Of a DNA stretch of 64,000 nt, positions 50,669-60,461 are shown one piece after another. The notes beneath the pieces are model-generated. The model had not been told where the DNA came from, ran no database searches, and saw only the letters and a program-made list of their open reading frames with translations. This DNA is from Lachnospiraceae bacterium (lineage in GTDB: Bacteria > Bacillota > Clostridia > Lachnospirales > Lachnospiraceae): positions 10,023-74,022 of the forward strand of contig JAXFDY010000189.1 in assembly GCA_034172985.1 (NCBI GenBank). Reading direction: 5' to 3'. The stretch's first letter is position 1. Each line of letters starts with the position of its first letter. The translations under genes and the position numbers were made by a program.

Positions 50669-52414
50669 ATGGCTTTAGATGGAATTTCCATTTCTGCTCT
50701 TGTCCACGAACTAAATCAGAAGCTTTCCGGCGGCCGTTTTTTCAAGATTGCCCAGCCGGAAACAGATGAATTACAGATTACAGTCAAACAGGCAAGAGAA
50801 CAATATAAACTTTTAATATCTGCCAGCGCATCTCTGCCGCTAACTTACATTACCGAAAACAGCAAAACAAGTCCGCTGACTGCTCCAAATTTTTGTATGG
50901 TATTAAGAAAACATTTATCCAATGCAAAGATTCTTGAGATTACCCAGCCTGGACTGGAAAGAATCATTCACTTTAAAATGGAACATTATAACGAAATGGG
51001 TGATTTATGCCAGAAACTTTTGATTATTGAACTTATGGGAAAACATAGCAATATTATCTTTACGGAACCTGATGGAAAAATCATCGACAGTATTAAACAT
51101 ATCTCTGCCAATGTCAGTTCTGTAAGAGAGGTATTACCCGGAAGAACCTATTTTATTCCTGATACTGCACACAAAGCAAATCCTCTTGAAATCAATTGCG
51201 AAGATTTTTGCCATTTGATTGGTTCAAAACCTATGGGATGTGCCAAAGCTATTTACACATCACTCACCGGAATCAGTCCGCTTGCCGCACAGGATATCTG
51301 TTATCGTGCAGACATTGATGGGGATAAACCTGCCAATGTTCTGGCAGAGAATGAGCTTCAGAAGATTTATGAACAATTTTCATTGATAATAAATATGATA
51401 CGAAAAGGTGATTACCATCCAAATATGATATGTAAAGGAGGCATTCCCGTTGATTTCAGTTCTTATCCGCTGACAGTATTTGGCTCTGATTATGAACAGG
51501 AAAATTATCAATCCATGAGTCTCCTGTTGGAAAATTATTACGGAAAAAAGAATCTTGTGACAAGAATTCATCAAAAATCTGTGGATTTACGAAAAATAAT
51601 TCAGACAGCACTGGAAAAAGATTACAAAAAATATGATATTCAGGAAAAACAGCTTTCAGATACAAAAAAGCGGGAAAAATATCAGATATACGGAGAATTG
51701 CTGACTGCCTATGCTTATCAGATTCCGGCTGGTCAGAAAGAAACTACCGTATTAAATTATTATACCAACGAGAATATTAAAATTCCTTTAGATCCTGAAC
51801 TTTCACCTATGGATAATGCAAAAAAATATTTTGATAAATACGGAAAACTTAAACGGACTTACGAAGCACTTCATACAATTATTGTTGAAACAAAAGAAGA
51901 AATCCAGCATCTGGAATCTTTGATGAATTCTTTAGATATTGCTGTCTCTGAAGATGATTTAAAAGAGCTGAAAGAAGAACTGATTCAATCGGGATATATT
52001 CGCAGAAAATCGGGCGATAAAAAGGCCCGATATAAAAGTAGACCTTTTCACTATTTATCCAGTGACGGTTTCCATATGTATGTAGGTAAAAACAATCTTC
52101 AGAACGAAGAACTGACTTTTAAAACTGCAAATGGAGGCGACTGGTGGTTTCATTCCAAAACCTTTCCCGGTTCTCATGTGATTGTGAAAACAGAGGGAAA
52201 AGAGCTTCCTGATAAAACATTTGAAGAAGCAGCCCGCCTTGCTGCTTACTATTCAAAAGGAAAAGATCAGGAAAAAGTTGAAATTGATTATATTGAGCGA
52301 AAACATGTTAAAAAGGTTGCCGGTGCAAAACCGGGGTTCGTGATTTATCACACCAATTATTCCATGGCCATCCAGCCTGATATAACCGGAATTCAAGAAA
52401 TCTCAAATTCATAA
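50669..52414 (+). CDS. rqcH: Ribosome quality-control factor RqcH (FbpA/NFACT family)
   Basis: MALDG, FCMVLRKHL, IIELMGKHSNII, VGKNNLQNE, WFH, PGSHV, AAYYSK. Confidence 0.92.
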   Translation: MALDGISISALVHELNQKLSGGRFFKIAQPETDELQITVKQAREQYKLLISASASLPLTYITENSKTSPLTAPNFCMVLRKHLSNAKILEITQPGLERIIHFKMEHYNEMGDLCQKLLIIELMGKHSNIIFTEPDGKIIDSIKHISANVSSVREVLPGRTYFIPDTAHKANPLEINCEDFCHLIGSKPMGCAKAIYTSLTGISPLAAQDICYRADIDGDKPANVLAENELQKIYEQFSLIINMIRKGDYHPNMICKGGIPVDFSSYPLTVFGSDYEQENYQSMSLLLENYYGKKNLVTRIHQKSVDLRKIIQTALEKDYKKYDIQEKQLSDTKKREKYQIYGELLTAYAYQIPAGQKETTVLNYYTNENIKIPLDPELSPMDNAKKYFDKYGKLKRTYEALHTIIVETKEEIQHLESLMNSLDIAVSEDDLKELKEELIQSGYIRRKSGDKKARYKSRPFHYLSSDGFHMYVGKNNLQNEELTFKTANGGDWWFHSKTFPGSHVIVKTEGKELPDKTFEEAARLAAYYSKGKDQEKVEIDYIERKHVKKVAGAKPGFVIYHTNYSMAIQPDITGIQEISNS

Positions 52415-52415
52415 T

Positions 52416-52459
52416 AAAATAGACCTTATTGCAATTCAAATTACAATAAGGTCTATTTT
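52416..52459. terminator. Bidirectional terminator between rqcH and glgA
   Basis: AAAATAGACCTTATTG / CAATAAGGTCTATTTT 16-bp arms. Confidence 0.8.
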
Positions 52460-52512
52460 CATCTTATAGGAATTTCCTATGCAATCACTCTTTCAGAGTG
52501 TTTACATTTATT

Positions 52513-53958
52513 TTACCATCCCAGTAATCTTGTATATAATTCTTCATATTTTCTTGCAGAACGTTTCCAGGAGAAATCTGCCTCCATGCCTCTATCTATA
52601 ATCTTGTTCCATTCACGTTTTTTGTTATAGAACGTATGCTCAGCATAACGGATCGTATTCAACATCTCATGAGCATTATAATTGGCAAAAGAAAATCCTG
52701 TTCCCTTTGATTCATATTCATTGTAAGGTTCTACTGTATCTTTTAATCCTCCCGTTTCACGAACAATCGGCACTGTACCATATCGCAAACTCATTAACTG
52801 TGATAATCCACATGGTTCAAACAGTGACGGCATAAGGAATGCGTCACAAGATGCATATATCTTATGTGACAGTTCTTCAGAATAATAGATATTTGCAGAC
52901 ACGGTATTGTTATATTTCCAATCATAATGACGGAACATATTCTCGTACTTTTCTTCGCCTGTACCTAAAATGACAAACTCAATTCCATCGGAACAAATCT
53001 CATCCATCACGCACTGGATTAAATCAAGTCCTTTCTGACTTGTCAATCTGGACACAAGACCTATCATGAAACGTCTCTCATCCTGTTCCAATCCTAACTG
53101 TTGCTGCAGACTACGCTTATTCTTAATCTTTTCTTTTCTGAAATTATTTACAGAATAATTCTGCACAATATACGGATCTGTTTCCGGATTATATGTATCA
53201 TAATCAATACCATTAACAATACCAAATAGATTATTGCTTCTGGCCCTCATCAAGCCATCCAGAGTTTCTCCGTAAAATTCAGTCTGTATTTCCTGAGCAT
53301 ATGTCTCACTGACTGTCGTTACATAATCTGCATAAACGATACCACCTTTCAGGAAATTAGCATCCTTATAATGAAGGAGCTTATCTGAGGTGAAATAATA
53401 GTCAGAAAGACCAACCATATCTTTTACCGTTTTTGCATCCCAGATACCCTGGAATTTTAAATTATGAATCGTCATGATAGACTTGATTCCCCGATAAAAA
53501 TCACCCTGTGCAAAAGTATCTTTCAGGAACACAGGAATCAAACCTGTCTGCCAGTCATGACAATGGATAATATCCGGTCGGAATCCTATTACCGGAAGTG
53601 CTGACAGTGCTGCTCTTGAAAAGAATGCAAACTTCTCAAGATCATAACAGATATCGCCATATGGTTTTGGACCACTAAAATAATATTCATTATCAATAAA
53701 GTAATAAGTGATACCCTCATACTCTGTCTTTAAAACACCCACATACTGGCTTCTCCATGCAAGATCCATGTAAAAATGAGTAACATATTCTAATTTATTT
53801 GCAAACTCTCCTTTCATACACTTATATTTTGGGATAATTACTCTGCAATCGTATTCGTCTTTATTAAAACTCTTTGGCAGAGAACCTACAACATCTGCAA
53901 GTCCTCCTGTTTTGATAAAAGGAACTGATTCAGAAGCGACAAATAATATTTTTTTCAT
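52513..53958 (-). CDS. glgA: Glycogen synthase
   Basis: KTGGLADV, HCHDWQT, TIHNLKFQG, NGID, SRLTSQKG, PSLFEPCGLSQL. Confidence 0.96.
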   Translation of the reverse strand: MKKILFVASESVPFIKTGGLADVVGSLPKSFNKDEYDCRVIIPKYKCMKGEFANKLEYVTHFYMDLAWRSQYVGVLKTEYEGITYYFIDNEYYFSGPKPYGDICYDLEKFAFFSRAALSALPVIGFRPDIIHCHDWQTGLIPVFLKDTFAQGDFYRGIKSIMTIHNLKFQGIWDAKTVKDMVGLSDYYFTSDKLLHYKDANFLKGGIVYADYVTTVSETYAQEIQTEFYGETLDGLMRARSNNLFGIVNGIDYDTYNPETDPYIVQNYSVNNFRKEKIKNKRSLQQQLGLEQDERRFMIGLVSRLTSQKGLDLIQCVMDEICSDGIEFVILGTGEEKYENMFRHYDWKYNNTVSANIYYSEELSHKIYASCDAFLMPSLFEPCGLSQLMSLRYGTVPIVRETGGLKDTVEPYNEYESKGTGFSFANYNAHEMLNTIRYAEHTFYNKKREWNKIIDRGMEADFSWKRSARKYEELYTRLLGW

Positions 53959-54053
53959 ACGTTTCCTCCATAATGAAATTTTTTCTCCGTACAACGATAT
54001 TTTTTTTATGAATAAAAATATTATACATCATTTTTACAAATCTGAAAAGTGTT

Positions 54054-54674
54054 TTATGACATTTTACTCAATCTAATTTTATCTGCAATTAATGCTATAA
54101 ATTCAGAATTTGTTGGTTTTCCTTTTCCTTCATTGATGGTATATCCGAATAACTCTTCGATTGTATCTATCTTTCCCCTGCTCCATGCTACTTCTATCGC
54201 ATGACGAATCGCACGTTCTACTCTGCTGGATGTGGTATTATTTTTTTTTGCAATTGCAGGATATAAAATTTTGGTTACTGCTCCCAGCATCTCCATATCA
54301 TTGACAGACATAATAATCGCATCTCTCAGATAATGATATCCTTTGATATGTGCCGGTACACCTACTTCATGGATAATAGCTGTAACTTCACTTTCCAGCG
54401 TCTTTGCCATTTTTTCCGGACTTTTTTCTTCCTGATTTGTCAGTTCTTCACTGATTGTCCTATACTTTTCTTCAGAAGGCAGATAATTTCCTTTTGGAAT
54501 AATTACTTCAAAAACAAATGTATCAGAACGTTCCTTTTTTATCACTTCACATACCTGTTCACCACTTTTCGCTCTTCTTATGAAATTAACGCACTCATTA
54601 TTATTCAACATTTTATCAAGAACATTCAATATTGTCTCATTCTCTTCCTGTATCAAATCAGCTGTTCCATTCAT
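54054..54674 (-). CDS. spo0A: Spo0A with intact DNA-binding domain and degenerate, truncated receiver
   Basis: [60 protein letters not shown]; directly after spoIVB; about 206 aa. Confidence 0.85.
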   Translation of the reverse strand: MNGTADLIQEENETILNVLDKMLNNNECVNFIRRAKSGEQVCEVIKKERSDTFVFEVIIPKGNYLPSEEKYRTISEELTNQEEKSPEKMAKTLESEVTAIIHEVGVPAHIKGYHYLRDAIIMSVNDMEMLGAVTKILYPAIAKKNNTTSSRVERAIRHAIEVAWSRGKIDTIEELFGYTINEGKGKPTNSEFIALIADKIRLSKMS

Positions 54675-54749
54675 CATTATAACCTCCACAAAGATTTTTG
54701 CTTTTTCGCTCTCTTTCGAAAAGATTTTAAAATGATTAAGTAGTCTTAC

Positions 54750-54777
54750 AGTAAAGTCAATGTAAAGTTAATGTAAA
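54750..54777 (-). promoter_or_regulatory. Three 11-bp-phased direct repeats upstream of spo0A
   Basis: Minus strand TTTACA-TTAAC-TTTACA-TTGAC-TTTACT. Confidence 0.5.
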
Positions 54778-54833
54778 TTGTCGTTTTTGAAGTTTTTTCT
54801 GTCTGATATGATTTCTGCTTTTCCCTAAGGGGA

Positions 54834-55916
54834 TCAATCGTGATTCAGCATATTTTCGATAAAAATCCCATAACCTCTTGTGGAATCATTCACAAATACA
54901 TGTGTAACTGCCCCGATTATCTTTCCGTCCTGTATAATGGGCGTGCCACTCATTCCCTGCACAATTCCATTTGTTAATCCCAGTAATCTTTCATCCGTCA
55001 CTTCCAATACCAGTCCTTTATTATCATTGCTTGATTTATTTATCTTTTCAATCTCCACCTCATAATCGCAGAGTTGTCCTGATACATTGGAACGGATATA
55101 TGCTTTTCCTTTTTGAATCTCTGAAGACATGGCTGTCTGCAATGGTTCAAGTCCGTATGCATCTATCAGTTGCTGTACCTTATTTTTATTTGATAATGTT
55201 CCATAAATACCTATAGAAGTATTTTCAAGAATACTTCCCTGAATTTTGTCATCTTCATATGAAATCATTCCATATAAAGCTCCCGGATTTCCTTTTTCAC
55301 CCTTTTTAATGCCCCACACATTTGCCTGATAAAGTATTCCGCCCTTACTGTCCAATAATTCTCCGGTATCGATATCACTTATTCCGTGTCCTAATGCTCC
55401 ATAGCTGCCATCTTCTGTGAGATAAGTCATGGTACCGATTCCCTGTGTGTCATCTCTTACCCAGATTCCCAGTTTATACTCATCCTTGCCTGTCTTCACG
55501 GGCGAAATTTTCACCTCTATTGTTTGTCCGTTACGCAGAATCGTAAGCACTACATCTTCATCACCATATTTATTTACAAGAAATACCAGCTGACTTTTAG
55601 AGCTCACATCAATATCATTTATTTTTGTAATATAATCTCCCGCCTTCACTTTATTTAATGCAGGATTCATATTAACTCCATTCTCATCCTCCACTTCATC
55701 TGTTCCTATTATCATGACTCCTTTTGTCTGAAGATAGATTCCTACCTGAAATCCACAGGGATATACATATTCTTCTTCGGATGCATTGACTGACATCAGA
55801 CTTCTTTCTTCTATTTCTTCTACTGGCAAAGTACGATCAATATAATAAATAGAAAAAACTAAACTCATTGCTAAAACTAACAATAAAACCCTTCGATACA
55901 CCATCTTTCTGTTCAT
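54834..55916 (-). CDS. spoIVB: SpoIVB peptidase (S55) with PDZ domain
   Basis: GIYLQTKGV, KLGIWVRD, GIGTMTY, GALGHGI, GIVQGMSGTP, GAVTHVF; start after GAGGTGG. Confidence 0.93.
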   Translation of the reverse strand: MNRKMVYRRVLLLVLAMSLVFSIYYIDRTLPVEEIEERSLMSVNASEEEYVYPCGFQVGIYLQTKGVMIIGTDEVEDENGVNMNPALNKVKAGDYITKINDIDVSSKSQLVFLVNKYGDEDVVLTILRNGQTIEVKISPVKTGKDEYKLGIWVRDDTQGIGTMTYLTEDGSYGALGHGISDIDTGELLDSKGGILYQANVWGIKKGEKGNPGALYGMISYEDDKIQGSILENTSIGIYGTLSNKNKVQQLIDAYGLEPLQTAMSSEIQKGKAYIRSNVSGQLCDYEVEIEKINKSSNDNKGLVLEVTDERLLGLTNGIVQGMSGTPIIQDGKIIGAVTHVFVNDSTRGYGIFIENMLNHD

Positions 55917-55995
55917 TCTTCCACCTCGATTATTTTTTTCTATTAGTAGTATGGAAGTTTTCATACAGAATAGTCTGCATCATTTTTCCTAAAAT

Positions 55996-56028
55996 AAAAA
56001 CCCTATCTGACACTAAGGTCAAATAGGG
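55996..56028 (-). terminator. Intrinsic terminator overlapping the citrate synthase stop
   Basis: Minus strand CCCTATTTGAC-CTTAGT-GTCAGATAGGG-TTTTT. Confidence 0.7.
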
Positions 56029-57407
56029 GTACTTATACGCTCATCTATGTTTTTATATTCTTTATGTGTACCTACATAGCGATAAGCAGGACGTATAATT
56101 TTTCCTTTATTTACTAACTCTTCCAGACGATGAGCACTCCATCCGGAGATACGCGCAATAGCAAAAATAGGAGTGAACAATTCTTCCGGAATACCTAACA
56201 TAGAATATACAAATCCACTGTAAAAATCCACATTGGCACAAACCGGTTTAAAAGTATTTCTATTTTTCATAATGAGTCCCGCTGCAATTTTCTCCACGCA
56301 CTCGTATAATTCAAATTCCTTTGTCAGACCTTTCTCTTCTGAAAGGCGTCTCGCATAATCTTTCAAGATGACTTCTCTTGGATCTGATACTGTGTAAACA
56401 GCATGTCCCATTCCATAAATCAGACCGGAACCATCAAATGCCTGTTTATCAAGAATCTTCTGCAAATATGCTGCCAGTTCCTCTTCATCTTCCCAATCAT
56501 TTACATTTGTCTTAATATCAGCAAACATATGCTGTACTTTCAGATTCGCACCACCATGTCTTGGTCCTTTCAAAGAAGCCACGGAAGCCGCCACTGCAGA
56601 ATAAGTATCTGTTCCTGATGAAGTAACCACATGATTCGTAAAGGTAGAATTGTTACCGCCACCATGCTCTGCATGTAATACAAGAGCCACATCCAGCACC
56701 CTTGCTTCCAACTCCGTATATCTGCTGTCCGGTCTCAACATCCTTAATATATTTTCAGCTGTAGAACAATTTTTGTCAGGATTAATAATAATGAGACTGT
56801 CATCTAACTTAAAATGACGATAAGACTGATATGCATAAACCGAAATTAATGGCATCTTACCGATTAACTGCAATGATTGTCTCAAAACATTTGGTACTGA
56901 GATATCTTCTGCATTGTCATCATAAGAGTATAGCGTCAAAATACTCTTCTGCAACATATTCATAATATTTTCTGTCGGTGCACGCATAATAACATCTCTT
57001 ACAAACTGTCCGGATAACTCCTGAAGCTGTGAAAGAATATTACAGAAACTTTCAAACTGTTCTTCTGTAGGCAGTTCTCCAAACAACAGCAGATAAGTAA
57101 CTTCTTCAAACAGAAATCTCTTCTTCTGGTTTCCCTGAATCAAATCTTGTACATTATATCCTTGGAAAAACAATTGACCGTCTGCCGGGATTTTCTCACC
57201 ATTCATTGTTTTGTATGATAATACGTCAGATATTTCTGTCAATCCCGTAAGCACACCTTTTCCGGATGAATCACGAAGACCACGTTTTACGTCGTATTCA
57301 ATATATAAGTTTTGATCAATCGCACCAGATACCATACAATACTTGACCAGTTCATCAAACTGATTATTCATTTTTGGATCCAGTTCCATCATAGTCTTAT
57401 TATCCAT
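56019..57407 (-). CDS. gltA: Citrate synthase (GltA/PrpC family)
   Basis: LHAEHGGGNNSTF, GPRHGGAN, GMGHAVY...DPR, NVDFYSG, FAIARISGW. Confidence 0.9.
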   Translation of the reverse strand: MDNKTMMELDPKMNNQFDELVKYCMVSGAIDQNLYIEYDVKRGLRDSSGKGVLTGLTEISDVLSYKTMNGEKIPADGQLFFQGYNVQDLIQGNQKKRFLFEEVTYLLLFGELPTEEQFESFCNILSQLQELSGQFVRDVIMRAPTENIMNMLQKSILTLYSYDDNAEDISVPNVLRQSLQLIGKMPLISVYAYQSYRHFKLDDSLIIINPDKNCSTAENILRMLRPDSRYTELEARVLDVALVLHAEHGGGNNSTFTNHVVTSSGTDTYSAVAASVASLKGPRHGGANLKVQHMFADIKTNVNDWEDEEELAAYLQKILDKQAFDGSGLIYGMGHAVYTVSDPREVILKDYARRLSEEKGLTKEFELYECVEKIAAGLIMKNRNTFKPVCANVDFYSGFVYSMLGIPEELFTPIFAIARISGWSAHRLEELVNKGKIIRPAYRYVGTHKEYKNIDERISTPI

Positions 57408-57470
57408 CTTTTTTCCTCCATATCTAACGATTGTCTAACACACTCTATCATAATTTTACTTTTTTTTCAA

Positions 57471-59155
57471 CTAATTTTTTGTTTTCACATAATTTTGGGC
57501 CATTCTTTTCATTTCTCTTGCATTTTCTCTTACCGTATCGGTTATTTCTGCTCCTCCAAGCATTCTTGCAAGCTCCTCCACTGAATTTTCTTCCGAAAGC
57601 TGAATCATACCCGTCACAGTTTTTCCATCATGGACCGATTTCTCAATGAGATAATGGCTGTCTGCCATCGATGCAATCTGCGGCAAATGAGTGATACAAA
57701 TAACCTGATGATTCCGGCTGATTTGTTTCAGTTTTTCAGAAACCATTTGTGCCGTTCTTCCACTGATTCCAGTATCAATTTCATCAAAAATAAGTGTTTC
57801 TACCTGATCTTTCCCTGCAAGAATACTCTTAAATCCCAACATAATTCTGAAAGTTCACCACCGGATGCTACTTTGGACAATGGTTTCACTGTTTCCCCCG
57901 GATTCGTAGAAATCAAAAACTGTACAACATCATTACCATTTGCAGAATAATGATCTGCCTTTTTAAATTCTACTTCAAACACTACCTCAAGAAAATTTAA
58001 ATCTTTTAACCCCTTCACGATATTCTCCTTCAGGGCACTTGCAGATTTTTCTCTTAACCCGGTCAGTTTATCACATAAAATACTTAACTCTCCATCCAGT
58101 TTTTTTAATTCTTCCTGCGCTTTCACTTTTTCTTCTTCAAAATTCTGATAGAATTTTAATTTTTCGTAAGCAGCCTCTTTGTGCTCCAAAATATCACTTA
58201 TGGTTTTGCCGTATTTCAGTTTCAAACGATTCAGAAGATCAATCCTCTGTTCTAATTCATAATATTTTTCCCCATCAAAAATCATATCATCCATATAACC
58301 GGATATTTCTCTTGCAAGATCTGTACATAATCCTTCGATATCCGAAATCAGTCCTGCGAACTCTTCGATTTTTTCATCATAACTACACAATTCGCTGATT
58401 TCTTTGACTGACCGGCCTACTAACTCACGGATACTTCTGTCTTCCCCATCTATCATCTCATATACTCCGCCAAGCCCTGCGGTGATTTTTTCAGCATTCG
58501 ACATTTTTCTATACTCTTCTTCCAATGTCTCATCCTCACCAATAGTCAGATTAGCAGTTTCAATCTCATTTACTTCAAATTCTAAAAAAGAAAGCTCTCT
58601 TCTGCGCTCCTCTTCATCCTCCGTGAATTCCGACAGTTTTTCTTTCATTTCTTTATATTGATGATATTTTTCGCATAATTTTTTCTTTATTTCAGAAACT
58701 TCTGAACCTCCATATTCGTCCAGCATTTCCAGATGTCTGGAAGTCTTTAACAAGCTCTCATTATCATGCTGTCCATGAATATCCATCAGCATCGAAGCAA
58801 TTTCTTTCAGCATAGTTACCGATATGGTTTCCCCATTCACTTTAACAATATTTTTTCCATTCATGATTTTTCTGGAAATAATAATCTGCCCTTCTTCCCA
58901 CGACAAATCGTGGTTCAAAAAATATTGCTGAATATCTTGCCTTTTTGTGTCAAATATTAATTCCACTAATGCATATTCTGCACCTGTTCTAATGATATCT
59001 TTCGTAACTTTTCCACCGAGAGCAATATTAACCGAACCAATAATAATGGATTTTCCGGCACCAGTTTCACCGGTCAGTATATTTAAGCCCTCTTTAAAAT
59101 CCACTTCAGCCTCTTCAATTAAAGCCAGATTTTTCACATGTAAATTTAGCAGCAT
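57471..59155 (-). pseudogene. recN: DNA repair protein RecN split by a 1-nt frameshift near 57847 (real or sequencing error)
   Basis: GETGAGKS Walker A...VASGGELS in one frame; MLGFKSIL...LIFDEIDTGISG...ITHLPQIAS in the next frame; DNA reads TCA GA ATT ATG instead of TCA AGA ATT ATG. Confidence 0.85.
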
Positions 59156-59176
59156 ATGTTTTTCCTCCGCAAATAG

Positions 59177-59626
59177 TTATTTCAATATCTCTCGTAACTT
59201 ATTCATGACCTCATACGCTTCATCCATATTTCTCACAGCACAAAAAATGGTATCGTCACCTGCTATACATCCCACAATTTCATGCCATTTTAATGCATCC
59301 AATGCCACTGCAACTGCCATGGCCATACCGGATACCGTTTTTATAACTAAAAGGTTCTGGGCCATATCCATGGAAAGAAACCCATCCTTTAGTATTCGAT
59401 ATAATTTTTTGTTCATCACAGCCTCTGTAGTCTGGGCTGCCACATAACGCTGAGTTCCATTTTCCAGCGTCACTTTTGCCAACCCCAGTTCCCTGATATC
59501 ACGGGAAACTGTGGCCTGGGTTACAATGTATCCATTGTCAATCAATCTGTCTGCCAGCTCTTCCTGCGTTGCGATTTTATATTTCCCAATAAGTTCCAGA
59601 ATTTTTCTATGCCTCTGTTCTTTCAT
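59177..59626 (-). CDS. argR: Arginine repressor
   Basis: TQEEL, VTQATVSRDIREL, GCIAGDDTIF. Confidence 0.96.
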   Translation of the reverse strand: MKEQRHRKILELIGKYKIATQEELADRLIDNGYIVTQATVSRDIRELGLAKVTLENGTQRYVAAQTTEAVMNKKLYRILKDGFLSMDMAQNLLVIKTVSGMAMAVAVALDALKWHEIVGCIAGDDTIFCAVRNMDEAYEVMNKLREILK

Positions 59627-60461
59627 GACTACCCATCTTCTTTCCCAAAATCTCTAAAAAGCTCCTGCTTTTTAATTTGATAATTTCCACAGATAATTTA
59701 GACTTTTCGATTACAACTTTATCCCCTTCTTCTAAAATAATGTTATCATCTCCATCAAAAAAAACTTTTTTGATATCATTATCATATTTTCTTCTGGAAC
59801 AAGCCTGTATCTCGATTACATCCTCCCCATCCAAAATAATACTTCTGGTATTTAATGTATGCGGACAAATAGGAGTCATTAATATCAACTGGGCAGATGG
59901 TTTTACGATTGGTCCGCCTGCTGACATACTGTATGCTGTGGAACCTGTAGGGGTTGAAATAATAATGCCGTCAGCATTATATTCACTGAGACGCATACCA
60001 TTTACAAATATCGTAAGCTGCATGACTCTCATGAGGCTGCTCCGGTTAATAACAATATCGTTTAATGCCACATTTTCCATAACTACCTTGTCTCCCCGGA
60101 CAATGCTTCCTTTCAGAAGCATCCTCTTTTCCACGAAAAACTGGTCTGCAATCAGCCGGTTTAAAGTCCCGATAATGTCATCTTTTTCCACCTCAGCCAA
60201 GAAACCCAGATTTCCGAAATTGATTCCGATTAATCTGATATTTGTCTCTACCAGTTCTCTGGCTGCCTGCAAAAGTGTGCCATCGCCTCCCAGTACAATG
60301 GCACACTGTGTATCTCCTGATATATTCTCTTTTTTAACATATCCGGAATTTATCGTACAAATACAGCCTTTTTCTTCCAGATATTTTTTTATCTCTTTTG
60401 CCGCTTCTGCAATTTCCGGCCTTTCTCTCATGGCTACCACACAAAACCTATTCATGCACAC
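59607..60461 (-). CDS. nadK: NAD kinase
   Basis: LGGDGTLL, GNLGFL, ALND, ADGIIISTPTGSTAYSMSAGGP. Confidence 0.95.
   Translation of the reverse strand: MCMNRFCVVAMRERPEIAEAAKEIKKYLEEKGCICTINSGYVKKENISGDTQCAIVLGGDGTLLQAARELVETNIRLIGINFGNLGFLAEVEKDDIIGTLNRLIADQFFVEKRMLLKGSIVRGDKVVMENVALNDIVINRSSLMRVMQLTIFVNGMRLSEYNADGIIISTPTGSTAYSMSAGGPIVKPSAQLILMTPICPHTLNTRSIILDGEDVIEIQACSRRKYDNDIKKVFFDGDDNIILEEGDKVVIEKSKLSVEIIKLKSRSFLEILGKKMGSHERTEA

Noticed and set aside
54689-54700. Upstream extension or frameshift restoring a full Spo0A receiver
   Set aside because: The missing part is internal (after residue 61) and absent from the DNA; the aligned N-terminus already starts at the GGAGGT-preceded ATG.
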